64,000 nucleotides of DNA from an uncultured Candidatus Rokubacteria bacterium (GCA_963789955.1 CAWBMV010000037.1:288001-352000), one strand, 5' to 3'. Shown: positions 20,727 to 31,411, counted from the stretch's first letter. Translations and numbers: made by a program. Notes: generated by a model from the letters alone, not told the origin.

Positions 20727-21350
20727 TCAATTGCCTGGACGGGTGATCAACTCGAGCTGATGTAGCGCTGCCGCAGCCTTGAGCGTCATGTAATTGATGT
20801 TCGACCGATTCATGCTGCTTCCTTCCTGGAACGGATACTGCGGAAGCGTGGCCAGGAACTCTTTGACTTTGCCGCCGACTGGGACGAACAGCCACATGAG
20901 GTCGCCATACCAGCGCACGTACATCATCGACTCGAACGGCATTCTCTCGTATGGATCAGCCCTTAGGTTCACGACGACTGGCCAGTTGGTCACCTTGCGC
21001 GTCCCGAACGCGATGTTCCCATCCACGCCCGCAAAATTCACTTTCCAGTCGTTCCAGCGCACCGCGTTCAACTCGTCGCCTTGGCCGAAGTAGAAGATCT
21101 CCTCGCGCGGCGCCTTCGTGGTCTCGCCCTTGAAGTAGGGCATGAAGCTGTAGCCGTCGGCGTGGACCTTGAAGGTCCGGCCGTTGGCCCTGTAACCGTT
21201 CTTCAGCTTCTCGACGATGTTCGGCTCGCCAGCAGCCGCGAGCAAGGTGGGCATCCAGTCTTCCCGGGAGAAGATTGCGTTGTTAAAGGTGCCTGGCTGG
21301 ATCACGCCCGGCCATCTCACGACCATAGGCACGCGGAAGCCGCCCGGCCA
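20727..21350 (-). pseudogene. Arylsulfatase C-terminal fragment
   Basis: GGFRVPMVVRWPG, DWMPTLLAAAG, AVRWNDWK, NLRADPYE. No N-terminal CxxxR catalytic region. Confidence 0.8.
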
Positions 21351-21468
21351 GCTCCGCGATGTCAACACGGCGGTGGTGCTCGGCCTACGCTTGTATGCGC
21401 GCTTCTGACAACTCGCTGCTGACGAGGTCCTCGACGAACGACGTTCCTTTTAATCAGAGGAGAACAGG

Positions 21469-21945
21469 ATGAGCAAGGCTGCGCGCTCGACGATCATACT
21501 TTCCGTGGGTCTTGTGCTCGTGGTGTCGATGGCCGGCTGGCTCTCGGCCCAGCAGTCTCCAACATCCGCCCAGCCCCCTGGCGTGAGCGCGCCGGCACAG
21601 CCGGACGAGGACATCACGAGCGACATCGCGCTGACGCGGGCGTCGATCCAGCTCCGCCGCCCTTGCCTCCTGCGCGACCATCGACGCGACAACGCCCCAA
21701 TTCGTCGGAGCGTCCCACTTTCCACCGAGCGACCCCGCGCGCGTGGAGATCCTGCGTGGTGAGCCCTCTCGACCGCACGACCGCCTGGGCGAGATCGTCG
21801 TGGACGCGTCGATAGACCCACCGCCGCCCATCGAAAAAGTCGAGGCAAAGCTACGCAGCGAAGCGAGCAAGCTCGGAGCCGACGTTGTCATCGTGGTGTC
21901 CGACCGTGTTCAGGAGGTCGGGGCCTTCCTCTCTGGCCCTCCGAG
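21469..21945 (+). pseudogene. Fused fragments of secreted-protein genes
   Basis: RBS plus signal peptide MSKAARST... that degenerates, then unrelated VEILRGEPSRPHDRLGEIVVDAS...KLGADVV fragment. Confidence 0.4.
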
Positions 21946-22235
21946 GGAAGGCGCCGCCGGCGAGGTGCAGCGTCTCGCCCGGGACGGGGAAGGTCGCGAG
22001 TCTCCCTGGGTCTTCTGCGCCCGCTTTGCTCCCGTCTTCGCGGCGAAATACTCTCGTCCGGGTACCACCTTTAACAATTAGTTTTAGGTAAACGGCGCGA
22101 GTCGGTCTGGACGATTGATCAAGATTTTGTTGTGGGACGTATGTGGGGCGTGATCACGTGGCACGCACGCGTGGCGTGATCGGTCGGGCAGAGTTATACA
22201 GGAGAGCGGCGTGAAGCGTGGCGCGCCAGGGCGCG

Positions 22236-22739
22236 TCAGCGGTGCAGCTTGGTGCTACTCCGTGCAGCGAGACGGCGGAGGGGTTTTCCGGACAACCTCG
22301 TTAGCACCCATTGTTTCGCAGGTTTAGCGCCGAGACGCCGGTAGAACCGGAACGCCTTTTCGTTCCAGTCGAGCACCGCCCACTCCATCCGGCCGCATCC
22401 GCGCCGCCGCGCGATCCGCGCCAGCTCGCCGAGGAGCGCGCGGCCGGCGCCACGCCCGCGCTCTTCGGGGAGCACGAACAGATCCTCCAGATAGAGCGTC
22501 GGGCGTCCCAGGAACGTCGAGTACGTGAAGAAATACAGCGCGAACCCGATGGGCTCGCGACCCCGACGGCAGATGATCGTTTCGAAGTAGCGGCGAGGCC
22601 CGAAGCCGTGACGCCGGATCTGGCCCGTGGTCGCGACGGCCTCGTGCGCCAGCCGCTCGTACTCGGCGAGCCCGCGGATCAGCCGGAGGATCACCGGGAC
22701 GTCGCGTCGCGTCCCGCGGCGGATCGAGAGGGCCGTCAT
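22236..22739 (-). CDS. GNAT family N-acetyltransferase (SSAT/PaiA-like)
   Basis: LIRGLAEYE, YSTFLGRPTLYLEDLFV, RGRGAG, MEWAVLDWN. Confidence 0.9.
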   Translation of the reverse strand: MTALSIRRGTRRDVPVILRLIRGLAEYERLAHEAVATTGQIRRHGFGPRRYFETIICRRGREPIGFALYFFTYSTFLGRPTLYLEDLFVLPEERGRGAGRALLGELARIARRRGCGRMEWAVLDWNEKAFRFYRRLGAKPAKQWVLTRLSGKPLRRLAARSSTKLHR

Positions 22740-22749
22740 GCGGGGACGG

Positions 22750-23220
22750 TCACGGCGCGGTCGCCGTGTCATCGGCCGCCAGCAGCTCGAACACCGGGTA
22801 GCGCGCGGCGATCGCCGCGAAGGCGTGCGTGGGTGCCCCGGCAGGCAGCGGGAAATAACGTTGAACGACCGATCGGTACCGGTCGAGATAGGTGGAGAGC
22901 ACCGGCGGCTTGTCGGCGTCGGCGAGGGCGCGGAGCCGGAAGCGACGGTGACGCGAGCCTCGCTTGAGGACGACCTCGTTCGAGACCTCCGCGTTGCGCA
23001 CCCACTGGGTGCGGCCGCGAGGCGCCACGAGGAATCGGACGCCGTGGAGCGACACGAGACTCACCGGGAGTTGCGTACACGCGGCCGGACTTCCGCCCCC
23101 TCACCTGCAGGAGATAGTAGTCGCGCGGCACCGAGCCCCATCCCGACCAGGGCGCCGAACGCTCCGGTTGAAGACCCGCTCGAGCGCGCTCGGCTCACGG
23201 AACGCGGGGTCCGCGTCCAC
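22750..23220 (-). CDS. Deazaflavin-dependent nitroreductase (DDN/F420H2-dependent)-like protein, frameshifted
   Basis: LLQVRGRKSGRVYATP, LVAPRGRTQWVRNA, YPVFEL across three frames. Confidence 0.7.
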
Positions 23221-23222
23221 CA

Positions 23223-24044
23223 CTAGCGCTGGCTCAGGTAGTGCTCCGCGATCTCGATCGGCGGCGCGATCCAGACATCCTTCTTGGCCAGGATGTGCTT
23301 GAGCAGGCGCTCGACCATGCGCATCCGCGACGGCCGGCCGATGACTTGCGGATGGCCCATGAGGTTGTAGAACCCACCCTCCTCGTAGGCACCCTCGAAT
23401 TCTTCCTTCCAGATCTCGAAGACGTCTTCCTGGCTCCAGATCCCGTTGCCGACCGGCGGCACCGCGCTGAATCCGAAGTAGACCCAGTCGTTGTTGAGCC
23501 ACGAGGTGGGCAGCTCGACCAGCTCGCCGTAGGCCGTCTTGTGGCAGTACGGCAGGTCGGTGTCCATCATGTTGCTGTGGTAGACGAAGCCGTGCTTTCG
23601 CAAGAGCTCCATCGTGTGCTTGCTCGGGTCGCACGACGGTGCCCGCGAGCCGCGCGGCTGCACGCCGAGGATGTTCTGGAAGACTTCGAGGGTCTTCACG
23701 AGCAGGGCTTCCTCCTCCTCACGGCCCGAGAGGAAGAAGGGCTTCTCGTGCAGATACCCGTGGTGACCCACCTCGTGGCCGCGGCGCAGCGCCTCGCGCG
23801 CCATGTCGGGATAGCGCTCGATGATCCAGCCCGGGATGAAGAAGCACACCTTCACGTTGTAGCGATCGAGGACGTTCAAGATCCGCGGCATGGCGGTCTT
23901 CGGGCCGTAGGCGCCCATGCCCATGTGGAGCGGCCGCTCGGCGAGCGCCGGATCGCGGTGGATCCACGGGCTCTCGCCGTCCACGTCGAACGAAAGCGCC
24001 ACCGCGCACCTCGCCCCGTTCTTCCACTTGATCGGTCGGTCCAT
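23223..24044 (-). CDS. Polysaccharide deacetylase family (PuuE-like)
   Basis: LSFDVD, FFIPGW, HEVGHHGYLHE, MGHPQVIGRPSR. Confidence 0.88.
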   Translation of the reverse strand: MDRPIKWKNGARCAVALSFDVDGESPWIHRDPALAERPLHMGMGAYGPKTAMPRILNVLDRYNVKVCFFIPGWIIERYPDMAREALRRGHEVGHHGYLHEKPFFLSGREEEEALLVKTLEVFQNILGVQPRGSRAPSCDPSKHTMELLRKHGFVYHSNMMDTDLPYCHKTAYGELVELPTSWLNNDWVYFGFSAVPPVGNGIWSQEDVFEIWKEEFEGAYEEGGFYNLMGHPQVIGRPSRMRMVERLLKHILAKKDVWIAPPIEIAEHYLSQR

Positions 24045-24065
24045 CGCTATCTCCTGGCGGCGAGC

Positions 24066-25394
24066 CTATGCGCCCGCCACGTCCCTCAGCATCTCGGTGT
24101 ACACGCGCACGCCCTCGCGCAGGTTCTCGAGCGAGATGCGCTCGTCGTTGCCGTGGATCCGCTGAAGCTCCGACTCGTCGATGACGAACGGGCTGAAGCC
24201 GTAGGCGTGCAGGCCGCAGCGCCGGAACACCCAGCTGTCGGTGAAGGCGACCAGGATCATCGGCGCCACCACGACCCCCGGAGCCCGCCGCCGCATCGCG
24301 GCGGCCATCGCCTTGTAGAGCTCGGTGTCCGGCGGCGAGAGATTCGGGATCTTGGGCTCGCGGGCGATCGTGACCTGCACGTGCTCGTCGGCGATCGCGC
24401 CGCGGACCCAGGCGGCGATCTCCTCGGGATCGTCGCCCGCCAGCATGCGGCAATCCAGCTGGGCGGTCGCTTCGGGCGGAATCACGTTGCTCTTCTCGCT
24501 GCCCCGCAGCATCGTCACCGCGAAGGTCGTCCGGACCATCGCGGCCCATTGCCGGTTCGCGAGGAACCGGTCGCGGAACTCGGGATCGCGGAGGCTCCGG
24601 GTGAGGTCGTCGTAGCCCGCGCTCTCCTCCGGTGACATCAGCGACGCCACGCGGGAGAAGAACTCCTGCACCTCCGGAAGAACTCTGGGCGAGCGCTCGG
24701 CTTCCAGCAAACGACCGAGGGCGCGCACGAGCCGGTTCGGCGCGGTATCGGGCCACGGCATCGAGCCGTGCCCGGGCTCGCCGCGCGCTTTGAGCACGAT
24801 CGGGAGGCCGGTCTTCTCCGAGATCACGATCGCCCCCAGCGGCGCCTTGAGCTTTGGATCCGACTGGATCGCCGCGAGCTCGGAGATCGCGTACTCCGCT
24901 CCGGCCAGCCAGTCGCGCCGCTGGTCGGCGATGAACTGGGCGCCGAACTCGCTGCCGGCTTCCTCGTCGGCGGTCGCCAGGAACACGAGATCCCGCTTGA
25001 GCGGGACGCGCGCGCGCTTGAGCGCCAGCATCGCGGCGAGGTGCAGGATGCCCGTCGACTTCATGTCGATCGCGCCGCGTCCGTAGAGGTAGCCGTCGGC
25101 GATCGCGCCGCCGAAGGGATCGACGGTCCAGTAGCGGCGATCGGCGTACACGACGTCGATGTGATGGTGCAGGACGATGCCGCCGAGCGAGCCGTCGCCC
25201 GGGAGCCGCGCGCGCAGGCTGGCCCGGCCGGGCGCCGCCTCGATCGTCTCGCTCTCGATCCCCTCGCGCGCCAGGACGTCCGCGAGGAACCGAACGCCGG
25301 CGATCTCGTTGCCCGGCGGATTCGTGGTATCGATCATCAGATAGCGGCGCAGCAGATCGACCGTCTCATCGCCCAGAGCCGTCCAGTCGATCAT
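24066..25394 (-). CDS. M20 family metallopeptidase/amidohydrolase
   Basis: DTTNPPGNE, HHIDVV, GRGAIDMK, ADEEAG, GHGS, IHGNDERI. Confidence 0.9.
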   Translation of the reverse strand: MIDWTALGDETVDLLRRYLMIDTTNPPGNEIAGVRFLADVLAREGIESETIEAAPGRASLRARLPGDGSLGGIVLHHHIDVVYADRRYWTVDPFGGAIADGYLYGRGAIDMKSTGILHLAAMLALKRARVPLKRDLVFLATADEEAGSEFGAQFIADQRRDWLAGAEYAISELAAIQSDPKLKAPLGAIVISEKTGLPIVLKARGEPGHGSMPWPDTAPNRLVRALGRLLEAERSPRVLPEVQEFFSRVASLMSPEESAGYDDLTRSLRDPEFRDRFLANRQWAAMVRTTFAVTMLRGSEKSNVIPPEATAQLDCRMLAGDDPEEIAAWVRGAIADEHVQVTIAREPKIPNLSPPDTELYKAMAAAMRRRAPGVVVAPMILVAFTDSWVFRRCGLHAYGFSPFVIDESELQRIHGNDERISLENLREGVRVYTEMLRDVAGA

Positions 25395-25573
25395 CGCGCC
25401 TCCGCCTCCGGATTCATCGCCCGGACGTCGCCGAGCTCCCAGCGGGCCATGTGGCAATAGAGGTCGAGGAGCTGCATCGTGCGCTCGATCGCCGGATTGT
25501 CGCTGGCCTGCCGGAGCTCCTGCACGCGCGCCTGCAAGTCGCGAAGCCGCTCCAGCGTTTCCTCGCGCGTCAC
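25391..25573 (-). CDS. Hypothetical 60-aa helical protein
   Basis: Overlaps both neighbours by 4 nt, consistent with translational coupling; ERTMQLLDLYCHMARWELG. Confidence 0.6.
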   Translation of the reverse strand: MTREETLERLRDLQARVQELRQASDNPAIERTMQLLDLYCHMARWELGDVRAMNPEAEAR

Positions 25574-26946
25574 GGCTCGCTCCGGCCCGCGAGCTGCCAG
25601 CGGTGTCCGGCCGGCCGGTGATCGAAGAAGCGCTTGGCCTTCAGCTCGTAGCGCGGCAGGCTGCTCGGCCCCTGCACCGTGACGTCGATCGACACGCCGA
25701 TCACCGACTTGAAGACACCGGCCGCGTCACGCCCGAGCTCGGCGTAGCGCGCCGCGTCGATCTCGGGCCGCGCCTCGGCCTTGACGGTCACGAAGTCGTT
25801 GGTGGCGTCGCGGTCGACGTGAACTTCGTAATGCTCGGACAGCCCGGCGATCCGGTGCAGAAGGGCTTCGACGGCCGCCGGGTACACGTTGACGCCCTTC
25901 ACGATGATCATGTGGTCGGTGCGCCCGAGCACGCCGCCGGGATAGAAGGCCCAGGTCGTGCCGCAGCCACACGGACGATCCGTCCGGCGCACCAGATCGT
26001 GAGTCCGGTACTTGATCAGCGGCTGGCCGTCCTGGATGTAGCTCGTCACGATGTGCTCGCCGACGTCCCCGTACTCCACCGGATTGCCCGACTCGTCGAC
26101 GACCAGGGCGTGATACCAGTCCTCGCAGAGATGGTTGCCCTCCTGCAGAGGACAGCCCGGGTTCGTCGGACCGATCTCCGCGATGCCGTAAAGCTCATAG
26201 CACTTGGCGCCCCAGAGCACCTCGATCGCGTGGCGGGTCGCGGGAATGCTCCCGCCGGGCTCACCGGACACGATCACGGTCGAGATCGACGTCCTGGCGA
26301 GGTCCACACCGATCTCGCGCGCGGTCTCACCGAGGTAGAGCGCATAGGTCGGCGTCGCCAGCATGACGTCCGGACGGTATTGCTCGATCTGACGGAGCCG
26401 CGCCTTGCTGTCGAGCCCGCCGCCCGAGACGACGGTGGCGCCGAGACGGCGCACACCCATGTAGGCCGACCAGAACGCGGCGAAGATCCCCCAATTGAAC
26501 GGAAAGTAGAACGTGTGGCGCGCCCGAAGCCCGGCGGCCCAGTACAGGTAGACCCACGACTCGCCCCACAGCTCCGCCGAGTGATACGTGAGCGGAATGT
26601 GGAGCGGCGCGCCGGTCGAGCCCGAGGTCGCGAACCGTTGATGGAAGAAGTCCTCGTGGATCGCGAGCGCGTCGCCGAACGGCGGGCTCACCGCCTGCGC
26701 GTCGAGGATCTCTTTCTTGTCGATGAACGGCAGCCGCTTGACGAAGTCGTCCATCGTGCGGATCTGCTCGGGCTTGACCTTGTGACGATCGAGGAGCTTC
26801 CGGTACATCGGGCTGCGCGCGTAGGCATACTCGATCGCCGTCTGGAGCTTCCGCAGATGCAGCTGGTCGAGCTCGGCCCGCGGCATGGTCTGCGTGTACG
26901 GGTTCCAGAACTTCTGCGCCTCGACCGCGGGCTTGTAGAGAGTCAT
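25570..26946 (-). CDS. Phenylacetate-CoA ligase family (PaaK-like) adenylate-forming enzyme
   Basis: TSGSTG, ATPTYALYL, SGEPGGS, YGIAE, YRTHDL, GRTDHMIIVKGVNVYP. Confidence 0.88.
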   Translation of the reverse strand: MTLYKPAVEAQKFWNPYTQTMPRAELDQLHLRKLQTAIEYAYARSPMYRKLLDRHKVKPEQIRTMDDFVKRLPFIDKKEILDAQAVSPPFGDALAIHEDFFHQRFATSGSTGAPLHIPLTYHSAELWGESWVYLYWAAGLRARHTFYFPFNWGIFAAFWSAYMGVRRLGATVVSGGGLDSKARLRQIEQYRPDVMLATPTYALYLGETAREIGVDLARTSISTVIVSGEPGGSIPATRHAIEVLWGAKCYELYGIAEIGPTNPGCPLQEGNHLCEDWYHALVVDESGNPVEYGDVGEHIVTSYIQDGQPLIKYRTHDLVRRTDRPCGCGTTWAFYPGGVLGRTDHMIIVKGVNVYPAAVEALLHRIAGLSEHYEVHVDRDATNDFVTVKAEARPEIDAARYAELGRDAAGVFKSVIGVSIDVTVQGPSSLPRYELKAKRFFDHRPAGHRWQLAGRSEP

Positions 26947-27051
26947 GTAGTTTCTATTTCGGAGCTCTTGCCGGGACCACCGAGGGTGGCCTGAGATAGG
27001 TGCGAGCCGGCTCCGTCACGCCCGTTCTACCCGAGACGTCAGCGCCCGATT

Positions 27052-28085
27052 CTACCCACGGCAGAGCTCTGCGCGAACTTGACGCGTGCCGGTGACCAGC
27101 GCCTGGAGCTTGGCGAACGCCAGATGGCGCGGGAGCCGCGCGAGGCCGCAGTCCGGGTTGATCCACAGCCGCTCGGCCGGCACGCTCTCGAGCATCCGTC
27201 GAACTCCGTCGCGCGACCAGCTCGGGGCTCTCGACGTAGAAGTTCTTGAGATCGAGCACGCCGGCGCCGAGCTCCTTGGGGCAGTCGAACTCGCGCCACA
27301 GCTCGCTCTCGGCCATCTCGCGGTTCGCGTACTCGAACACGAGCTGGTCGGCCGAGGCGCTCGCGATCGTCGGGAACAGCGGCCGGTAGGCCCGCTCACC
27401 GTAGCCGAACCCCTCGAGCGTCCCGAAGCAGATGTGCCAGAACCGCCGCTCGACCGCGACGCCGTCGAAGCAGCGATCGTAGAGCTCGACGAGCCGCTTC
27501 GGCTCCATGATGAAGCTCTGGTAGACGTCGTCGAGCTGGAGATTGCGGGCGCCGCCGGCGGCGAGCGCGCGAAGCTCGCGATTGATGAGCGTGGCCAGGT
27601 CCGCGGCGATCTCGATCCGGTCCTTGTACGGTCCGCCCTTCGTGATCTGCGTCGCCAGGGTGAGCGGCCCGGGCAGGGTGATCTTGAACGGGCGCGTCGT
27701 CACCGTGCCGGATGTAGTCGAGCTCCTTGAGCGTGCCGAGCCCGGCCGGCGCCGAGATGCGCTCGACCGGTTCGTAGAACACGTGACCGTCGTAGGAGAG
27801 CACGCCCACCTTCCGGCGAGGCTCGATCGGGCGGAGCCCGTCGAAGTATTTGAAGATCGAGACGATGAACCCCTGGCGCCGCATCTCCCCGTCGGAGATC
27901 AGATCGACCCCCGCGTGCTCCTGATCGCGGATCGCGGTGGCGACCGCATCGTTCTCGGTCTCGGCAACGTCCATCGCGCCGAAGCCGCCGGCCTCGATCT
28001 TCTCGTACGCGGCCCAGAGCCAGGCCGGGATCGCGTAGCTGCCGACGACGGTCGTGGGAAGGATCGGCAGCGTCGAGGCCGTCAC
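27052..28085 (-). CDS. Cobalamin-independent methionine synthase-like (short MetE family), two frameshifts
   Basis: PTTVVGSY, DGEMRR, KITLPGPLTL, HICFG, EYAN, GVLD, NPDCGL (Zn ligands HxC...C). Confidence 0.85.
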
Positions 28086-28092
28086 GTGGTCG

Positions 28093-29271
28093 CTACTCGG
28101 AGAGCGTGAAGACGCCCTTTTTGACCGTGAGCGCCCAGATCTGCCCGACGTTCACGCCCAGCTCGTTCATCGTGATCACGCCGATGGCGCCGTCGTAGCT
28201 CTTGAGACCGCCCCAGCACTTCGCGAGCTTGTCCCGGTCGCTCTCGAGATCGTCGGGCTTGTTCGTCACGCCGGCCGTCTCGATGCACATCTTGGCGATG
28301 AAGAGCTGGTCGTACATCGCGGGGCCGGAGGAGTTCGGGCGCTTGCCGCCGGAACGCTCGAGGAACTTCTTCACGAAGGTCTGCATGCGCGGGATCGGGC
28401 GCTCGTTCCAGGCGTACGTCGTGGTGTACCAGCCCTCGACGGCGTCACCGCCGAGCGTGACGAGATCGGGCGTGGCCGTGGCGACGCCACCCTGGATCGG
28501 GCCCTTGAACCCTTGCTTGCGCGCTTCCTTGGCTACCAGCGCGGCCTCGCGTGAGGCCGAGCCGAGGAAGAGCATGTCCGGCTGCTTGGCGAGCGCGCGC
28601 GTGACCTGCGCGCTGAAGTCGAGATCGCCCGTCTGGAAGGTGATCGAGTCGAGCAGCTCGACGTTGGCCTGCTGGAAGGTCGGCGGCATCACCACGGTCG
28701 CCTCCGCCTTCGAGATGGCGTCGGCCTGGTTGTAGAGCACGGCCGCCTTCTTCACTTCCGGGTGATGCTTGCGCAGAGCCGCCAGCCCGGTGCCGAGCGC
28801 GCGCGCGGCGCCTGGATTCATCGTGTAGGCAAACGGCCGGAACTTGTCGGTGAGTCCGGGCGCGGCGGCGGTCGGCGAGACGATCGGAACCTTGAGGCTC
28901 GCGGACAAGGGGTACATGACGCCGGCGCTCGAGCTCGAGATCGAGCCGTGGATCATCAGGACGCGATCGGTCTGAGCCAGGCGGCGCGTGAGCGTGACGG
29001 ACTCCTTCGGGTCCCCACGATCGTCGGCCATGACGAGCTCGAGCGGCAGCCCGCCGATGCCCCCGGCAGCGTTGATCTCTTCCCGCGCGATCTCGGCGCC
29101 GATCAGTCCGTGCTGTCCCCAGTCCACGAAGATCCCGGCCTGCGGCATGATGACGCCGAGCCGAACCTTGTCACCCGCCAGCTTCGCGCCGACGGCTGGG
29201 GTGACCACACCGGCCAGCAGTACGGCAACTAGCAGGACTGAAATCGAGCCACGACGACGCATCCCGACCAT
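28093..29271 (-). CDS. Branched-chain amino acid ABC substrate-binding protein (LivJ/K family)
   Basis: Signal peptide, EEINAAGGIGG, DDRGDP, DFSAQVT. AGGAG RBS. Confidence 0.88.
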   Translation of the reverse strand: MVGMRRRGSISVLLVAVLLAGVVTPAVGAKLAGDKVRLGVIMPQAGIFVDWGQHGLIGAEIAREEINAAGGIGGLPLELVMADDRGDPKESVTLTRRLAQTDRVLMIHGSISSSSAGVMYPLSASLKVPIVSPTAAAPGLTDKFRPFAYTMNPGAARALGTGLAALRKHHPEVKKAAVLYNQADAISKAEATVVMPPTFQQANVELLDSITFQTGDLDFSAQVTRALAKQPDMLFLGSASREAALVAKEARKQGFKGPIQGGVATATPDLVTLGGDAVEGWYTTTYAWNERPIPRMQTFVKKFLERSGGKRPNSSGPAMYDQLFIAKMCIETAGVTNKPDDLESDRDKLAKCWGGLKSYDGAIGVITMNELGVNVGQIWALTVKKGVFTLSE

Positions 29272-29369
29272 GCGTTCTCTCTCCTGTGTTGACCGGCGCA
29301 CACGACTATTCATAGGCACGCCTCGGCCGGCGGGGCCCCAGCCCCGCGACGGCCTGCAGCGTGCACTGC

Positions 29370-30248
29370 CTACGCGAGCGACAGCGCGAGCTGCTCGAGC
29401 TCCGTGACCTGCATCTCGCGCCCCATGCCCCAGCGCTTGATCGCGGCCATGATCTCCGCGAGCTTCGCCGGAGGATAGGCCGAGAAGATGAACCGCTCAC
29501 CGGCGCCCCACTGGTCGACCCGCCACGGCCGGTCCGCGAACTCCGGCGGAATGCATTTCTTCCACAGCGGCAGGTAGCGTGCGAGATCGCGATCCAGCGC
29601 TTCGTCGGCGCGCGCGAGCGCCGCGAAATACCGCCGCAGCACGTCGCGATCGCTCGACTCGTCTACCCACCAGAGCGTATTGAACTCGCCGCCGAGAATC
29701 CGGCGCAAGCCCAGCTCTTCGGCCATGTAGATCTGTGGGTCGAGCAGGCTCGCCGCCTCCACCTCGCCCTTGAGCAGCGCGTCGAGCCGCCGGCCGAAGC
29801 CGCCGACGGGCTCGATCTTGATATCGGCAAGCGGCAGGTAGCTCTCGAGACGATACGGCACGTTGTAGTGGCTTCCCGCCATCAGCCCGACCGCGACCGG
29901 GACACCGGCGAGATCCTCGGGCCGGCGGATGCGCGAGTCCGGACGCACGTAGATCGCGTGCCGCGCAACGCCGTACGCATCGGGGACGAACTTCCCCATG
30001 CCGGCGCCCGCGTTGCACACGCTGCCCCACGCGCACGCATTCCCGATGGCCTGGGCGCCTTCCAGAAACGGCTGGTCTTGCGGGCGCGCCTTGTAGCCTC
30101 CGGTCCACCCCTTCATCTGACCGAGGTAGACGTCCCACATCACCTCAGGATCGAGGCGCTGCTCGCGGAAGTAGCCTTCCTCGAACGCGATCCATTCGTG
30201 AAGCCGCATACCGGTGGGGAAAATGCGGATCTTGGTAGGCCCGTCCAT
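29370..30248 (-). CDS. NMT1/SsuA-like binding-fold protein without signal peptide
   Basis: IAFEEGYF, VRPDSRIRRPEDLAG, ALLKGEVEAA. Confidence 0.65.
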   Translation of the reverse strand: MDGPTKIRIFPTGMRLHEWIAFEEGYFREQRLDPEVMWDVYLGQMKGWTGGYKARPQDQPFLEGAQAIGNACAWGSVCNAGAGMGKFVPDAYGVARHAIYVRPDSRIRRPEDLAGVPVAVGLMAGSHYNVPYRLESYLPLADIKIEPVGGFGRRLDALLKGEVEAASLLDPQIYMAEELGLRRILGGEFNTLWWVDESSDRDVLRRYFAALARADEALDRDLARYLPLWKKCIPPEFADRPWRVDQWGAGERFIFSAYPPAKLAEIMAAIKRWGMGREMQVTELEQLALSLA

Positions 30249-30258
30249 CAGTTGGGCG

Positions 30259-30288
30259 ACGGTAATACGGCAGACCAAGGCCTGTCAA
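30259..30288 (-). promoter_or_regulatory. Sigma70-type promoter candidate
   Basis: TTGACA-18 nt-TACCGT on the minus strand, 10 nt before ATG 30248. Confidence 0.5.
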
Positions 30289-30472
30289 TACAGGTGGCGT
30301 GACCCAGCACCCACATCACGATGGGAATCGTGGCCGTCGCTCGTAGGCGGCACGCGTCCCAGCTACGGCGTGAGTTATCAGCACATCGGGCTCAGCGATC
30401 CAGCCGGTGGCCAACTCGGGAGGACGCGCCAGACCGTCGGCGCCAGAATTCGATGAGGAGGCGCTTGCCTCG

Positions 30473-31411
30473 CTATAGCTGCAGCTCGCGAGCGCGGCTC
30501 GAAGGCCGCGACCTGCGGAGCAGGATCCGAATGGCGATGCGAGCCGATGCGGCTCCCGCGGCTTCGGCCGAATAAAGGCGGCCACCGACGATTCCCAGCC
30601 CCAGTTGATTCTCAAAGACACCGTTGATGGGCGCGTTCGCCGCTGCGTGCAGCTGCCGGAGCACGTTGTCCTGGTTGTGCGTCACGCCTGCCGCATCGCG
30701 GAGGAGCAACCCGAACAGAATGAAAGAGTGCGGAGGCAATGTGGCCACCTGGCGCAATGTCTCATCGAACGACAGGTCGTTGAACCAGGTGAAGCGCACG
30801 CGCTTCGTGAGCGGTTCGACAGCGTCGCGAAGGGCCTTCGTCCATAACCGCTCGAGCGGGGAGGCGCCGATCACGACGGCGATGTGGTTTGTATCGGGCG
30901 CCAGCTGGAGAATGTCGTCGAACAGGCCTGAGAGCTCGAACGAATCTCCGACGAAGGTGGCGTTGTTCTGAAGCGCGTCGGCCGGCAGCATGCGCCGGTC
31001 CATGGCCGTGTAGATAATGGACGCCCACGGAAACAGGCGATGCCGATACTTGACCACGAACTGGCCGGCCGGCGCGCCGACGGGAATCACGAGGTCGGGT
31101 TGCCATTTCGATAGGCGCGCGAGCAGGAACTCGAAGAACGGCCCTTCGAGTTCTGGCTGCCCGTAACTCGCCATGTCCAGCGAGACCTCGTCCATGTCAA
31201 CCCTCTCCCCGCGCTCCTTGGTCAGCGTGGTCTGGAAAGCGGTTGATTGCGTCGCGAACGGCGGAGTCGCGCGCCCAAAGGAGTGGACGATGAGGACGCG
31301 CTTGGCCTCGGCCCAGGCGGCCGAGTTGGCCATGAGAACGAAGACGACGAGCCCTAGCGATAACCGGCTCAAGGTCCGCATTGGGGCCATAGGATCGCAT
31401 ACTCGACCCAA
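30473..31411 (-). pseudogene. Truncated periplasmic sensor domain (ABC-SBP-like input of a histidine kinase)
   Basis: KRVLIVHSF, PDLVI, LGLGIVGGRL...AARIAIRIL, then breaks off with no TM or kinase part. Confidence 0.6.

Larger units (their letters stand above)
16095..22372. mobile_element. Putative inserted island without integrase, bounded by GTTCCAGTCGA repeats within GNAT 3' ends
   Basis: Direct repeat at 16084-16094 and 22362-22372, duplicated gene tail, many gene fragments, AT-richer patches. Confidence 0.5.

Noticed and set aside
22159..22175. Possible sigma54 promoter (TGGCAC)
   Set aside because: No TTGC at the -12 position.
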